DNA of 64,000 bases, taken from Felis catus (Eukaryota). This document shows, in pieces, positions 10,732 to 22,790 of this stretch. The DNA lies in the NCBI RefSeq assembly GCF_018350175.1, contig NC_058368.1, positions 221,900,001-221,964,000 on the forward strand, in the 5' to 3' direction. Position numbers and translations under genes: made by a program. The stretch's first letter is position 1, and every line of letters starts with the position of its first letter. The notes beneath the pieces are model-generated. The model searched no databases, was not told where the DNA came from, and worked only from the letters and a program-made list of their open reading frames with translations.

Positions 10732-12101
10732 AATAACTTGCCAATTCTAAATTGTAATAAAATACCATTAAACAATTTATCACTTTTAAAAATAATTTCC
10801 TATTTTCCCAAGCTTTTCAAAAATATTTATCATAACTCATTTTATCTTTTATTAGTATATGTTTCTTTATTTTTCAAACTTTCATAGAAATAATACTGAG
10901 GTTTTTTTTTTGCTATATTAATAAAAACTTGACCTCTGCAAAACATCCCTAGAAGAGACATCTGAGGAAAATCACAAGATATTAATGCTTTCAAATGGTA
11001 ATTGGTGTAAAATTTCAAAGCCTATAGCATACACTGAAAGTTTCCTTAAACTATAAATATGGAAAACTTGGGAAAATAGGATAAAAATAGTCAAATAATA
11101 GAAGTATACATACACATTTTTATGGTGAACACTGATCCATTCTAATATTTTATCTATGCCTAACTTTCATTATGAAATCAAAATAAATGTTATATAATTC
11201 TAAATATTTTGTTCCTGCATTACTCTTGAGAGGTTAGGAAATAAATAACAATTAGGCAAATACTATCTTTTGAATAAGTGCAGATAACAACAAAAAAACC
11301 TTATTAAAATATGCAACAAATAATTTACCATGATCTTTGAAAGCTATTATTAAAACTATAAATGTGGAGAAAAAAATGAATGATTTATAATATGATTTCT
11401 AAGAACTTTCATAATTCTAAGATTCCCTAATTCTGTGATTAAATAATTTTAAGTGGTGAATATATTTTAAATTTAGTCCAAGTTATTTATTACTACTATA
11501 TAGTTCAAAGTCATAAATGGATTTACAATGCCAGTTCATTTTATGTTTGGGGTCTTGTATATTATTTCCCAGTTAATTTACCAAGAGGGATCATAGAGTG
11601 GTTTTATCTTGGTGATGCCATCATGGATCAGAATCTATTTTGCATTTCTAGAAGTGGTGCATTCTTCTTTCTAAATTAGATTCATAATAACCATATTCAT
11701 AGAACTTGGTAAAGAAAAAAAAAACAATTAAAATAATACATAGGGCTATATAAAACAGTTAATATTCAAATGACTTAATGATCAATACATCATGAACATC
11801 AAACAATAAGTGTGGACACCAATATTAGTGTAGTACATGACTAGTAGACCTCACTGAGGGCCTTGAAAACTTGCTTACCAGATCCAATTTATAGTTCTAA
11901 AGGGCAAGACAAATTATAAGCATATGCTGTTGGCAAAGAGTAGACTGAGGAAAAGAAGCTGATAATTCAAAAGTCATGAACATCACCAGAAATCAGCTAG
12001 TATCCCAGGATCTTTCCTGGGATGGGCCCCACACACATCAGTTGTCTCATAACACCACCTCAACTGACCCCAGGAAAAGTTCTGGTGACTTATTCTGGCA
12101 T

Positions 12102-12190
12102 ATCTATCTATCATCTATCTATCTATCATCTATCACTATCTGTCTATCTATGTATCTTTGTCTCTATGTATCTATGTATCTATCTATATA
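12102..12190. repeat. (TATC)n/(TATG)n compound tetranucleotide repeat
   Basis: Direct reading. Confidence 0.95.
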
Positions 12191-12294
12191 AGTCTAACCA
12201 AAGTTATTTTGTAATAATACTGTGGTTTCAAGCCAACTTTCTTCTTCAGAATTTCACAAAACAAAATATGTCATTTGCTTGAGATAAAAAAGAA

Positions 12295-13221
12295 ATTAAG
12301 ATTATCATATATTAGAAGCTACATAAGCGACATCTCAAATTTCAGAAGTTTTACATAGACATGTGATTTCCCAGTTCACAAAAATCCTTGCATACAGGTA
12401 ATATCAGTATCTTCCCTCCATAAGGTGATTCAGGCACCTGGGCTCCTTCCATCTTGTTGCTCTGCTGTTCACTGGGCCCATGGCCTCCAACTAATGATAA
12501 GTGAAAGTGGTTGGACAGATACTCTGTTTCAATGAACTAATTTGAAAGTGACATGCATAATTTCTTTTCATTCCAAAATAAAGAGAATAACTTATGTGGC
12601 TACACCTGGATTAAAAGTTCTAAGCCACTAGTACCCCAATGTTCATAGCAGCACTCTCAACAATAGCCAAATTATGGAAAGAGCCTAAATGTCCATCAAC
12701 TGATGAATGGATAAAGAAATTGTGGTTTATATACACAATGGAATACTACGTGGCAATGAGAAAAAATGAAATATGGCCTTTTGTAGCAACGTGGATGGAA
12801 TTGGAGAGTGTGATGCTAAGTGAAATAAGCCATACAGAGAAAGACAGATACCATATGGTTTCACTCTTATGTGGATCCTGAGAAACTTAACAGGAACCCA
12901 TGGGGGAGGGGAAGGAAAAAAAAAAAAAGAGGTTAGAGTGGGAGAGAGCCAAAGCATAAGAGACTGTTAAAAGCTGAGAACAAACTGAGGGTTGATGGGG
13001 GGTGGGAGGGAGGAGAGGGTGGGTGATGGGTATTGAGGAGGGCACCTTTTGGGATGAGCACTGGGTGTTGCATGGAAACCAATTTGGCAATAAATTTCAT
13101 ATATAAAAAAAAAAGTTCTAAGAAATGTAGACCCTGGTCAGCCATTGATATCCATCAACAGCTACATGCTACGGAAGGGAAATCACAAATTTTTGTTGGA
13201 TAACCAGCCATCTCTGCAACA
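12295..13221. mobile_element. Ancient MaLR LTR (MLT1K/L-like) split by a young L1
   Basis: ggctccttccatcttgttgctctg before the L1, and aaatgtagaccctggtcagccat...ttgttggataaccagccatctctgcaaca after it, resemble consecutive parts of the MLT1K/L consensus. Confidence 0.6.
12625..13110 (+). mobile_element. Young 5'-truncated cat L1 (ORF2 C-terminus, 3'UTR, polyA)
   Basis: Uninterrupted ORF2 end MFIAALSTIAKLWKEPKCPSTDEWIKKLW...YHMVSLLCGS; G-rich 3'UTR; aataaa; perfect 12-bp TSD aaaagttctaag (12613-12624 / 13111-13122) at a TT/AAAA site. Confidence 0.97.
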
Positions 13222-13574
13222 TTTAGGTTATCAATTGCATTTAATATAGCTAAGAATTGGGATTCAAAAGGTTACTTTCTCCAATATTCCACAGCTAGGA
13301 TATGGTAGAATTGTGATTAAATAGTTAATCTTTCCCTTCACTCCCCACCCCACTCCAAATGCTTGTGTTTCATCTCCTTGCCCTTTATTACTAGCTCACA
13401 TAATTATTAACATGTGCAAAGGAAAATATTGGCAATATTTATAAATTGATGCTCATAAAGTTTCCAAATGTTCACTCTTTTTCATAGACTGAATTCTCCA
13501 AAGAACCGAATATGAAGCAGAGGGCTTTTATATTTATACTTCATTCAGCAGTGCCGAGACAAGGTGGATATACC

Positions 13575-14250
13575 ACCTCACCTAAGGATGGAAGCTGGTT
13601 GCCATGAGAACGAACCATATAATTGGAAGATTGGAGATTTCAGATCCACTCCCCTAACCTAGGAGGGGAGAGGGTCTATGAGTTGAATCCATCACCTACA
13701 GCCAATGGTTTAATCAATCTTGCCTATGTAATGGAGCCTCCCTAAAAACCCAAAAGGACAGAATTTGGAGACCTTCTGTGTGTTGAACACATGGATATGG
13801 GCAAGAAAACTCTGTAACCCTTTCCTGTATCCTTTCCTAAGTATCTCTTCCATCTAGCTGTTCATGAATTGTATCATTATATATTTTAATAATAAACCAG
13901 TAATCTAGTAAGTAAAATGTTCCTGTGAGTTTTGTTAACCACTCTGGCAAATTAATCCAATCAAGTAGGGGTCATTGGAACTTCCAATCTATAGCTGGTT
14001 GGTCAGAAGCACAGGTAACAACCTGGCCTTGCAAGTTCACCTGAAGTGTATGTGTATATATGGAGTGGGGGCACTCTTGCGGGACTGAGACCTTAACCTG
14101 TGTAATTTACAGTATCTCCAGATAGACAATGGCAGAACTGAGTTGAATTGTAGGATGCCAAGCTGGTGTCAGAGAATTGCTTGGTGGTATAGGGAGTCCA
14201 TGCCCCCAGTCTCCATAAACGTGTATACATTGGAATCAGATTTGGAAGTT
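13575..14250 (+). mobile_element. MER21-like ERVL LTR
   Basis: gccaatggtttaatcaatcttgcctatgtaatggagcctccctaaaaacccaaaaggacag and ccttaacctgtg...tatctccagatagac...gctggtgtcagagaattgcttgg match remembered MER21. Confidence 0.75.
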
Positions 14251-14579
14251 GAATTATTAAAATTACACATACATTTTATTTTTTCCAATCTAGTGCCTAC
14301 ATAATTAATCCCTTTAACATACGATATTTAAGGTGGTGAACCAGAGTCATTTCCAGGCACACTGAAGTTAAAAATATAGAAATCATTTAGAAATAGTGCT
14401 ATAAAATACATACTCCCAGAATATTAATAAAAATTTTAATTACAATAATCACTTTGATTTAGAAGAATTATTTAAAATATCTGTGCTTACCATTTTATAG
14501 ATTCTTTCATATTTTTGTATATACCATTGTCTTTAAAAAACAGCATAATTTTCACTGTTAGAGCTCATGATATTTGAAT

Positions 14580-14618
<39 letters not shown>
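14580..14618. repeat. (TA)n microsatellite
   Basis: Direct reading. Confidence 0.95.
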
Positions 14619-14627
<9 letters not shown>

Positions 14628-15589
14628 AATGTATCTTGGACATTTTTGAATCAACATGTAAGAGTAAGAAAAAACAAATAAAAATAAATAAAACTATATT
14701 CAAGTAGTCTTATTTCTAGGATTGGAATATTTTATTCAAGGATCCATAAGGAATATTTAGATTTCCCATATATTGTCAAATATATGGAATATATAACATA
14801 CATAATACCTTCCAATTTTTAAGTTGTAGACAAAATTGTATTGCTTATTCTATTTAATAGAGCTTATGTGGTACCAGACACATGATTGTCACCAGTTTGA
14901 CTGAGCTATTTGTTCCCTAGCAGACACTGTTAACAGAAAGCTTCCTAGTACATGTTAAATAAAGCCTTAGTGAAGATTGACTTTTGGATAATGGAGAGAT
15001 GACCTGATTAAAATTCATAATAGACAATGACAGCGACTCTTCTTACATTCAATGACAAACTCTCCCTCAAGGATAGTTTTGAGAAGTCACCGAGGATCAG
15101 GTACGCCTGGTTTATAAGAGCTATTTTCTTCCCTTTAATTTTGATTAGACTGCAACATTGTTAAAGACTACAGACGAGTTCAAGTGGAAATTTTACCTTT
15201 GCTGGTGTTGTTTATGTAGTTAAAATGTCTCTTCAGTTTAGCAGTGGCCAGGAGAATGTGAACAAGAACCTCCCAGATGCAGAAATCCAAGACAAGAATA
15301 GCATAATAACACCCAAAGAGCCTTCTGGCTGGTAGTATTAATAATGTCCCTTCTCTGATTTACTGAACTTCCATGTGCCCCAATGCATAATCCATAAAGC
15401 TTCCTGATAAGCCTTACTGCCCCTATGAAAATGGACTATAAACCTCCAAGTTCAGGTGATTTTATGTAGAAAGATAAAAGAGCCTTTCAATAACCTATTG
15501 TGTCTTTTCAACCAGACCAGAGGTAAGTGACACTATTGAGACTGCATCCCCATCAAAAAGTGTGTGTGTGTGTGGGGGGGGGGCACGAA

Positions 15590-15962
15590 TGGCAGACACC
15601 TGTGGCTCTCTGATGCCTTTTTTCTGGGCATGTGCACATGTATCCCTTGCTCCAGTCAAGTTCAGAGTATCATCCAGTTAATGGCCTGAGTCATGTAGGA
15701 GCTCCCAACCAACTGTAGAGAGAGTGGTGGCTTACTTGCCCACAGGAGGTCTGTGCCACCTCTGTCTGAGCTTGGTAATGTGACCAAGTCTCATTCATCT
15801 ACAGCAATAACCTGCTTCAAAAGGCACACTTCATTGGCTGTCTTCCTATATTATCTCATTCTTCACTCTCTTCTCTTGCTACTATATTCTTGCCAAAGAA
15901 GTTACTTATACTCCAATCATTATCACAGTATCTACTTCTGGAGAAAACGCAGACTGAGAAAC
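15590..15962 (+). mobile_element. ERVL LTR relic (LTR16/LTR33-like)
   Basis: 3' end tacttatactccaatcattatcacagtatctacttctggagaaaacgcagactgagaaa resembles the LTR16/33 terminus. Confidence 0.5.
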
Positions 15963-17441
15963 ATAAATCCTTCTTAAATGGTTCCACTGTTTTCTCCAAT
16001 GCAATTTGTCCTCAGGTGCCCATAACTTGACTGAACATTAGATGTACCTCCACTCATTAAGTCCAATATATGTTTTTTTTTTCCTGTAGCATTTAGGAAA
16101 GATCATTTAATTCTTGAGTTGAACATTAGAGGAACAAATTGACTAATCGACTTTTCATTGGAGAGCTATGTTATAGAAAAAACGTGTCTTCCTATGATGA
16201 TGAAATGCTCACACTATTCGTGATATTTATGAAATGAGGCAGAGGGAGGGAACACAATATTACAGTGACCTTCTCATACTCAATCCATATGATCTTTGAG
16301 CAACATGGCAGTTTGAACTCCCTCCCCCACTCCATTTTCCTGTCTTTTGTAGTCCTATCAGTGGAACAAAGTGTTGGTTATTTGATTTGATTGAGACGAA
16401 AAATTAAAGGTTATTTTCTTAATAGCTTCTTCAACAGTAGGGGGACCTTTTAGCTTGTGTGGATGAGAAGAGTATTTTGAATTTATTTCCTGGTAGAGAA
16501 AATCAGAGAAATGAAACATGGTTCTTTTAAGATAGGTTTTAAAAGAATTAAGCAGTTTCAGTTTCCATTTCATGAATGACATATCTTTTAATTTGTTACA
16601 CGTTTAAAGAACACAATAGAAAAAAACAAGTATTGCTTCTTACCGACTTTACCAGTGTGATCTGATCTCATTATTGGATTACTAAATGCGGTGCTTATCC
16701 TGGAACAGTCTGAGAATATTCTAGAGTTTTTGGAATCATGTTAGAATTGTCAAATTCTCATTTCCTAAGGAAATAGAGTTTGGGCAAATGGTAGTGAAGG
16801 AAGCATACAGTGACCAAATGTATTATTCAATGAATGGATACTTGGCTGGATGAGAAAAGCAAGTGTGACTCACCTTAAACTTCAAAGGCTGAGGACAATA
16901 ATCACATGAATACGTGCTTCTGTATACATTCTGAATTAAAAAACCTTCTGAATAAATAGTCCATTAACTAGAAGAAAAAGACAAGTTCTTATATCAAACT
17001 TTTTCTCATTTCCAAGATGCGTTAATGCAGAATAGGAATACATATTGCTTTTTCCTTTCAGCTAAATAATTTATGGTCTCATTAACTACCTAGACTTGAA
17101 ATTGTGTGTGAACACAGTCACTAAAATCATACTCAATGACCTGATATTACAAAAATGCAGACCAGAGAAGGAGAAAAGGCTACAGGGGAATTGTTTTCTT
17201 ATAGGAAGCCACATTCTCTCCTTGACTATTTTTGTGATATGAATCACAGGATCCTTTGTTTAGAATTCTTCTGACACAGCATTCCTTTCTGCCACTATTT
17301 AAAGAGGCAGGGTGGCATGGGGAAAGTGCCACAGCTTTGCAGTCATAAGACCCAGGTTCACAAGGAAAGGATATGAACATTTACTACATATAGACTGTGT
17401 CTTAGACTCCGTGTCAGGTGTGTTTCATAGTTATACAGTTT

Positions 17442-17675
17442 TTTTTTTATTTTTTCTTTAATGTTTACTTATTTTTTTGAGAGATATAGACAGAGACAGA
17501 GACAGAGAGACGGAGCGCAAGTAGGGGAGGGGCAGAGAGCAAAGGGGACACAGAATCCGAAGCAGCCTCAGAGCCGTCAGCATGGAGCCCAATGCAGGGC
17601 TGGAACTCACAAACCGTGGGATCATGACCTGAGCCGAAGTTAGGTGCTTAACCAACTGAGCCACCCAGGTGCCCC
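17442..17675 (-). mobile_element. Can-SINE
   Basis: Poly-T, (GA/GACA)n and head; degenerate TSD atagttatacagttt / attgttatccagttt. Confidence 0.95.
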
Positions 17676-17741
17676 AATTGTTATCCAGTTTAATTTGGCC
17701 CTCAGAACATTGTGCTACACCATAAACCATGAGTCCATGCA

Positions 17742-17970
17742 TGCTTTGGAAGCAGTTTCTGGATTAGAATCCAAACTATTCCACTTCTAGGTTGTGTAAT
17801 CTTGGGAAAGTCACTTAACTTCTCTGTGCTTCAGTTGTAAAACTGTAAAACGAAAAAAAAATGATGATAATAATGATAGTAACTCCATTACAGAGTTATT
17901 ATGGGGATTAAATCTGTTCTTATTTCTAAAATGTTTAGATTATTATTGGGCAAATAGTGAGAACTAAACA
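17742..17970 (+). mobile_element. MIR SINE
   Basis: Core tgtgtaatcttgggaaagtcacttaacttctctgtgcttcagtt...ctgtaaaa. Confidence 0.8.
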
Positions 17971-18519
17971 GCATGGGTTTCTTTAGTCCACAATTTTAAA
18001 ATTAAAAGATTCTTAGAGGGATAATGGCAATTGTGTAAATGAGATATTCTTCTAATGAGTGAATCATGCATTAGTCGGGATTTGCATCTGGATCGGTTTG
18101 AGTAGGTAGGTATCCCTTCTCTTCTATGATGAAATCATGAGGCAGTAAAGGACCCAATATTCTAAAGACACAAAGAGGCAAAATGAGAATTGAAGCTCAG
18201 TGCTTGTGACAAGGAAGACAGCGACTGTATATTTGCATGGAAGATGAATGGATAAGTAAGTTAATAACCTGTCTGAGTTCTGACTCTTTCCATTATCTCA
18301 GGTTGCTTCTAGCTCAGGCAGTATGCATATCAACTGAAGAAAAGCCTTTGATCTCCTGTGACACGTCAGATGAGTGGTATCATCTATCCTGTCAACCACA
18401 ACCCTATTACGGGTCTCTCACATGACAAATGAGGTGGGTTACGAGAAAACCTTTTAAAAACTGTAAAACACCATTTAGGTGTATGCTGTTCTTTGGCAGG
18501 GGATATGGTGTGTGTTAAA

Positions 18520-18700
18520 AAACAAATCTGGATTTGTATCTCACTAGGCCTGTGACTTTGGTAATCCCCCAACCTTTCTAAACCTCAGATAAGTCAAGGG
18601 TAATAACTGTAATAGTTTTTAATTTACACTGAGAAGTAAATCTGGCAGATAATACATGGGACGTACTTAGCTTAATCCTTATTGTAGTGTTTATCAATAT
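18520..18700 (+). mobile_element. MIR fragment
   Basis: cactaggcctgtgactttggtaat...aacctttctaaacctcag core-like segment. Confidence 0.5.
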
Positions 18701-19051
18701 TGTAAGTATTCAGCATCAGCTTGTTGTGACTATCCAAAAATTGATACACATACTACTACATATACTACAAAATACTGTTGGCAATCATTATTGTTTAGCA
18801 AGACCCATTCTTAGCATTTCTTTAGAGAAATGGCAAATGTGTGATGTACTTGCTATCATGTCCCCATTCTATGACCATGGCAGATGTTGCTGTACTCACT
18901 ATGTCCTCTTTTCTTGCTGCGGGAGACAACCACTACTGATTGGAATGGTAAGTGGGATGCAAATTATTTGCCATCTTTCTCTTTTGAGCTTATTTGCATG
19001 GATTTTCTGAATGTGGAAAATTAAGATAAAGCATAATTGAAATGCAATTTT

Positions 19052-19271
19052 TTAAAAATTTTTTTCAAGTTTATTTATTTATTTTGAGAGAGAGAGAGCA
19101 CGAGCAGGGGAGAGGCAGAGAGAGAGAGAGAGGGAGACACAGAATCCGAAGCAGCCTCCAGGCTCTGAGCTGTCAGCACAGAACCTGACAGGGGGCTTGA
19201 ACTCACAAACCGTGAGATCATGACCTGAGCCTAAGTCGGATGTTTATGCGACTGAGCCACCCAGGTGCCCC
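19052..19271 (-). mobile_element. Can-SINE
   Basis: Complete element; TSD tgcaatttt (19043-19051 / 19272-19280). Confidence 0.97.
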
Positions 19272-19295
19272 TGCAATTTTCTAGGCAAAAGCCGT

Positions 19296-19954
19296 GGGAA
19301 CAAGATGGTGGCCTGGGAAACCTCTGCCCTCTCTCCTCAGAAGCATTAATTGAACAATAATCCATCAGACCAAACTACCTTTTGGAGAAAGTCAGACTCC
19401 TGTCAACAGGTTGCAGGACCCACCATGAGCACAAAATTGTGAACAGTCACACTGAAAAAAGGTAAGGATAACAACTTCATTTTACCTATTAGTCCCTACC
19501 ACAAGCTGGAACAATTCAGTACTGAGACAAGTCACCTTGGCCTGGGACTTCTTCCTTTAGGAGAGAGTGGAGCTTAACTCCAGTGTCGCAGGGCTTTAGT
19601 TTCTGTCTCGTTTCACCCAGAGAGCTGACAAAACTGACAGAGTTTGGATGCCTGGGGGAGCTGAGAACGAAAGAAAGCAGAGGACAGTTTGCTGCAGCTC
19701 GCACAGGTCTTAGACATTGGGAAGAGCTGTAGAACCTGAAGATGCTGTCCCAAGAGGGAGAGAAAGGAACGGATTGTCTTCCAACATCCAAGCTTGTGGT
19801 AGGTCACAAACGAGAGAGAGAAAGCAATTACAGACGGTTGAAAAAACAATCGGTCTAATTAGTATGCCAGAGACACAAAACCAGAGAAGACAAAGTGATG
19901 GTTATGCTTATGTTACACAAAATAGACTTTAAGTAAAAAATTGTCACAAAAGAT
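19296..19954 (+). mobile_element. Old L1 5'UTR joined to a short ORF2 endonuclease fragment
   Basis: Starts gggaacaagatggtgg (L1 start with YY1-like motif); 19880-19953 resembles the QKKAGVAILISDNLDFKIKTVSRD region (aaaatagactttaagtaaaaaattgtcacaaaagat). Confidence 0.6.
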
Positions 19955-20178
19955 GCGGCGCCTGGGTGGCTCAGTCGATTAAGCCTCCGACTTCGGCTCA
20001 GGTCATGATCTCCCGGTTTGTGGGTTCAAGCCCTGTGTTGGGCTCAGTGCTGACGTCTCAGAGCCTGGAGCCTGCTTCAGATTCTGTGCCTCCCTCTCTC
20101 TCTGCCCCTCCCCCGTTCATGCTCTGTCTCTCTCTGTCTCAAAAATAAATAAACATTGAAAAAAAAATTAAAAAAATT
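19955..20178 (+). mobile_element. Can-SINE (no clear TSD)
   Basis: Complete head, CT region and A tail. Confidence 0.97.
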
Positions 20179-20999
20179 CCAATGCTTAGACATTTGTAAT
20201 TTCTTTAATAATCTTAAAGGTACATTTTTCATGCAGAAGTGATTCCACCCGTAATTGTCTGAAAGTGATAATTTTAAAAGGTTATCTCACTTAATGCTTA
20301 ATGCTCACTTAATGCAGAATTTTTTTTTTTTGAGACTAGGAACATGATGTTTGGAAATGTCAGTAACACATTCAAGATCATAGGACAATTAAATATTGGA
20401 ACCAGTGACCCGAGCCTCACAAGCAGTAACCACAAAGTAGCAAGTCCTCATGTAAACTCAGGATTCCCAGAGAAGATGTAGAAAGTCACGGCTATTCACT
20501 AAGACTTGAAAACCCAACTCAAACCTGGTCTCCTTGTCTGTAGCCTTGTCTACATAGTTCGAGGTTTTACTCTCCTTTCAATATTTTCTCATTTTGATAA
20601 TAATTTAAATAACAATTTATATAACTACTATGGATCACCTTAAGTCAGAATCTAATGATGAGATAATATTTATATTCTAATGATTCTAACGTAAGGAAAT
20701 GACACAAATAGAGATAGCTATGTTAAAATATTTGAGAAGAACTAATTCAGAGGCAGGAAAGGCCGTTTCAACGTCTCTGATCAGAAATAGCTTCTTACAT
20801 AAAGTGATATCCAAGCTGAGCTCAGAAGGTGTCAAAGACAGGAAAGAAAAAAGGATTATGAAACAATGTAGTGTATTATGGTTTTACTAGAATACTTGCA
20901 TTCATACTGAGGAGTTCCAGGAAATGAAACTATATAAATGTAAGAAGGAGATATTGGACATGATTTTGAATCCCATGCCTAGATTGTGGATTTTGCTGT

Positions 21000-21265
21000 T
21001 GGAGTTGATATTTTTTTGTTCAGACTCACCCTTAGGAAAGAGAATTAAGTTTCCTCCTGCTTGGGATGTTGATGGCAGGTAGCACCCTTCCATCAGGCTC
21101 CTTCCTGGGGCAGCCTTTATCTGATGGTTGTAAAGGTTTGGCCCCTTACTGCAATTCAGGATAATGCTGATGACTTAGCTCATCTGTTGTGAATCATCAC
21201 AGCCTAACTTTTCCCAGTCTTTCCCTTCTCTCACAGCTGGTTGTCTGGGAGGATTCCTTAATAGC
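21000..21265 (+). mobile_element. LTR16-like ERVL LTR fragment
   Basis: ggccccttactgcaattcaggataatgctga...catcacagcctaacttttccc resembles remembered LTR16A/C. Confidence 0.45.
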
Positions 21266-21931
21266 TGCAGTGGATAGAAAACCAGGGGATTAAAGAGTGT
21301 TTAAAACCAGAAAGCACATTGGAGAGTTTAGTACAATTGCTAATCTCTCAAAATGGCTAATTGAGTTCAAGCTTTTGCTCTGCTTTTTTCCAAAGCACCA
21401 ATAAAATTATATCAAAGAATAATCTTATAACGGGAAAAGGAAAAAAGGAAAAAGAAACCCTCAGTTAAAAAAAAAAGATGTTTCTATAAACTTCTGCAAA
21501 ACAGAAAGCCTATGAGAACCAGTACTCATGAAAAAGAAAGCAATAAAAAGAGGTATTCCAAGATAAAAGAGGAAGGGACTGCAGTAGGAGAAAAGGCAAA
21601 GGGTTGTTAAAACAAGAGGCAGAAATTCTTCCTCAAATACAATGTATATTATAAATGTGAAGTGTATTCATTAAAATGATTAAAATAATAATTTTCATTG
21701 AATGAGAAGAGGGAAAGAGATGAAGGTTTATGTCTGTAAGTTAAATCCTCACCTTTCATAGAAGAGCATCAAGATAATATGTTAAATTGATAATTTGGAA
21801 AATACTATTTAGGTGTGTAATTTCCAGATAAGAAGCTATATCCCAATAGATATAGTTGAGTCTGAAAAATTGGATTGGGAACAGACCATAGAGGAAAAAT
21901 AGACTCTCTTTTAGCATAAGGTCCCCTGAAC

Positions 21932-21937
<6 letters not shown>

Positions 21938-21988
<51 letters not shown>
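21938..21988. repeat. (TA)n microsatellite, about 25 units
   Basis: Direct reading. Confidence 0.98.
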
Positions 21989-21992
<4 letters not shown>

Positions 21993-22210
21993 ATGCCTTC
22001 ATTGCTATGATGATATTTAAAGCATAGGACATATTAATCCAATAGCTATAACTAGTACAAATAGAACACCTGAGTGGGGAAAGGATACAAATATCTTAAA
22101 GAATTAAGAAATCACCAAAAGTTCAGCCAACTAATTATGATGGGAATAGGAATTGAAAATATCACTATCATTTTTGAAGGTCAGGTGACTGAAACCATAG
22201 GAGTAAAAGT

Positions 22211-22790
22211 GGGGCACTTGGATGGTTCAGTCCATCAAGCTCCTGACTCTTGATCTAGGCTCATGTTGTGATCTTATTGATTCGTGACCTAGAGCCCCAC
22301 ATCTGGCTACGCACAGTCCATGTGGAGCCTGCTTGGGATTCTTTTTTTTTAATATTTATTTATCTGAGAGACAGAGAGAGAGAGAGAGAGCATGATCATG
22401 TGGGGGAGGGACAGAAAGAGAGGGAGACACAGAATTTGAAGCAGGCTCCAGGCTCCAAGCTGACAGCATAGAGGTCAATGTGGGGCTCAAACTCATGAAC
22501 CAGGAGATCATGACCTGAGTTGAAGTCGGAAGCCCAACTGACTGAGCCACCCAGGCGCCTCAGAGCCTGCTTGGGATTCTTTCTCTTTTTCTCTTTCTCT
22601 TTCTCTTCCTTTTCCTCTTCCTCTCTCTTTCTCTTTTTCTCTTTTTTTTCTCTTTCTCTTTCTCTTTCTCTTTCTCTTTCTCTTTCTCTTTCTCTTTCTC
22701 TACCCTGTCCATGCTCATTCGTTTTCTCTCTCTTTCTCAGAATAAAGAAACAAAAATTTCAAAAAAATAACAATAAAAAAGGAATTAAAA
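22211..22790 (+). mobile_element. Older Can-SINE (SINEC_b-like) hosting a nested SINE; CT region expanded into (TTTCTC)n
   Basis: Head 22211-22341; resumes at 22563 with gagcctgcttgggattc; CT tract 22580-22701; A tail. Confidence 0.9.
22345..22561 (-). mobile_element. Can-SINE nested inside another SINE
   Basis: TSD gagcctgcttgggattcttt (22325-22344 / 22563-22582). Confidence 0.95.

Noticed and set aside
11582..11670. Possible 89-nt minus-strand exon (tttag|aaagaag...ctcttg|gtaaat)
   Set aside because: Stops in all three frames and a weak pyrimidine tract.
16190..16290. Box C-like atgatga suggesting a C/D snoRNA
   Set aside because: No suitably placed CTGA box D or terminal stem.
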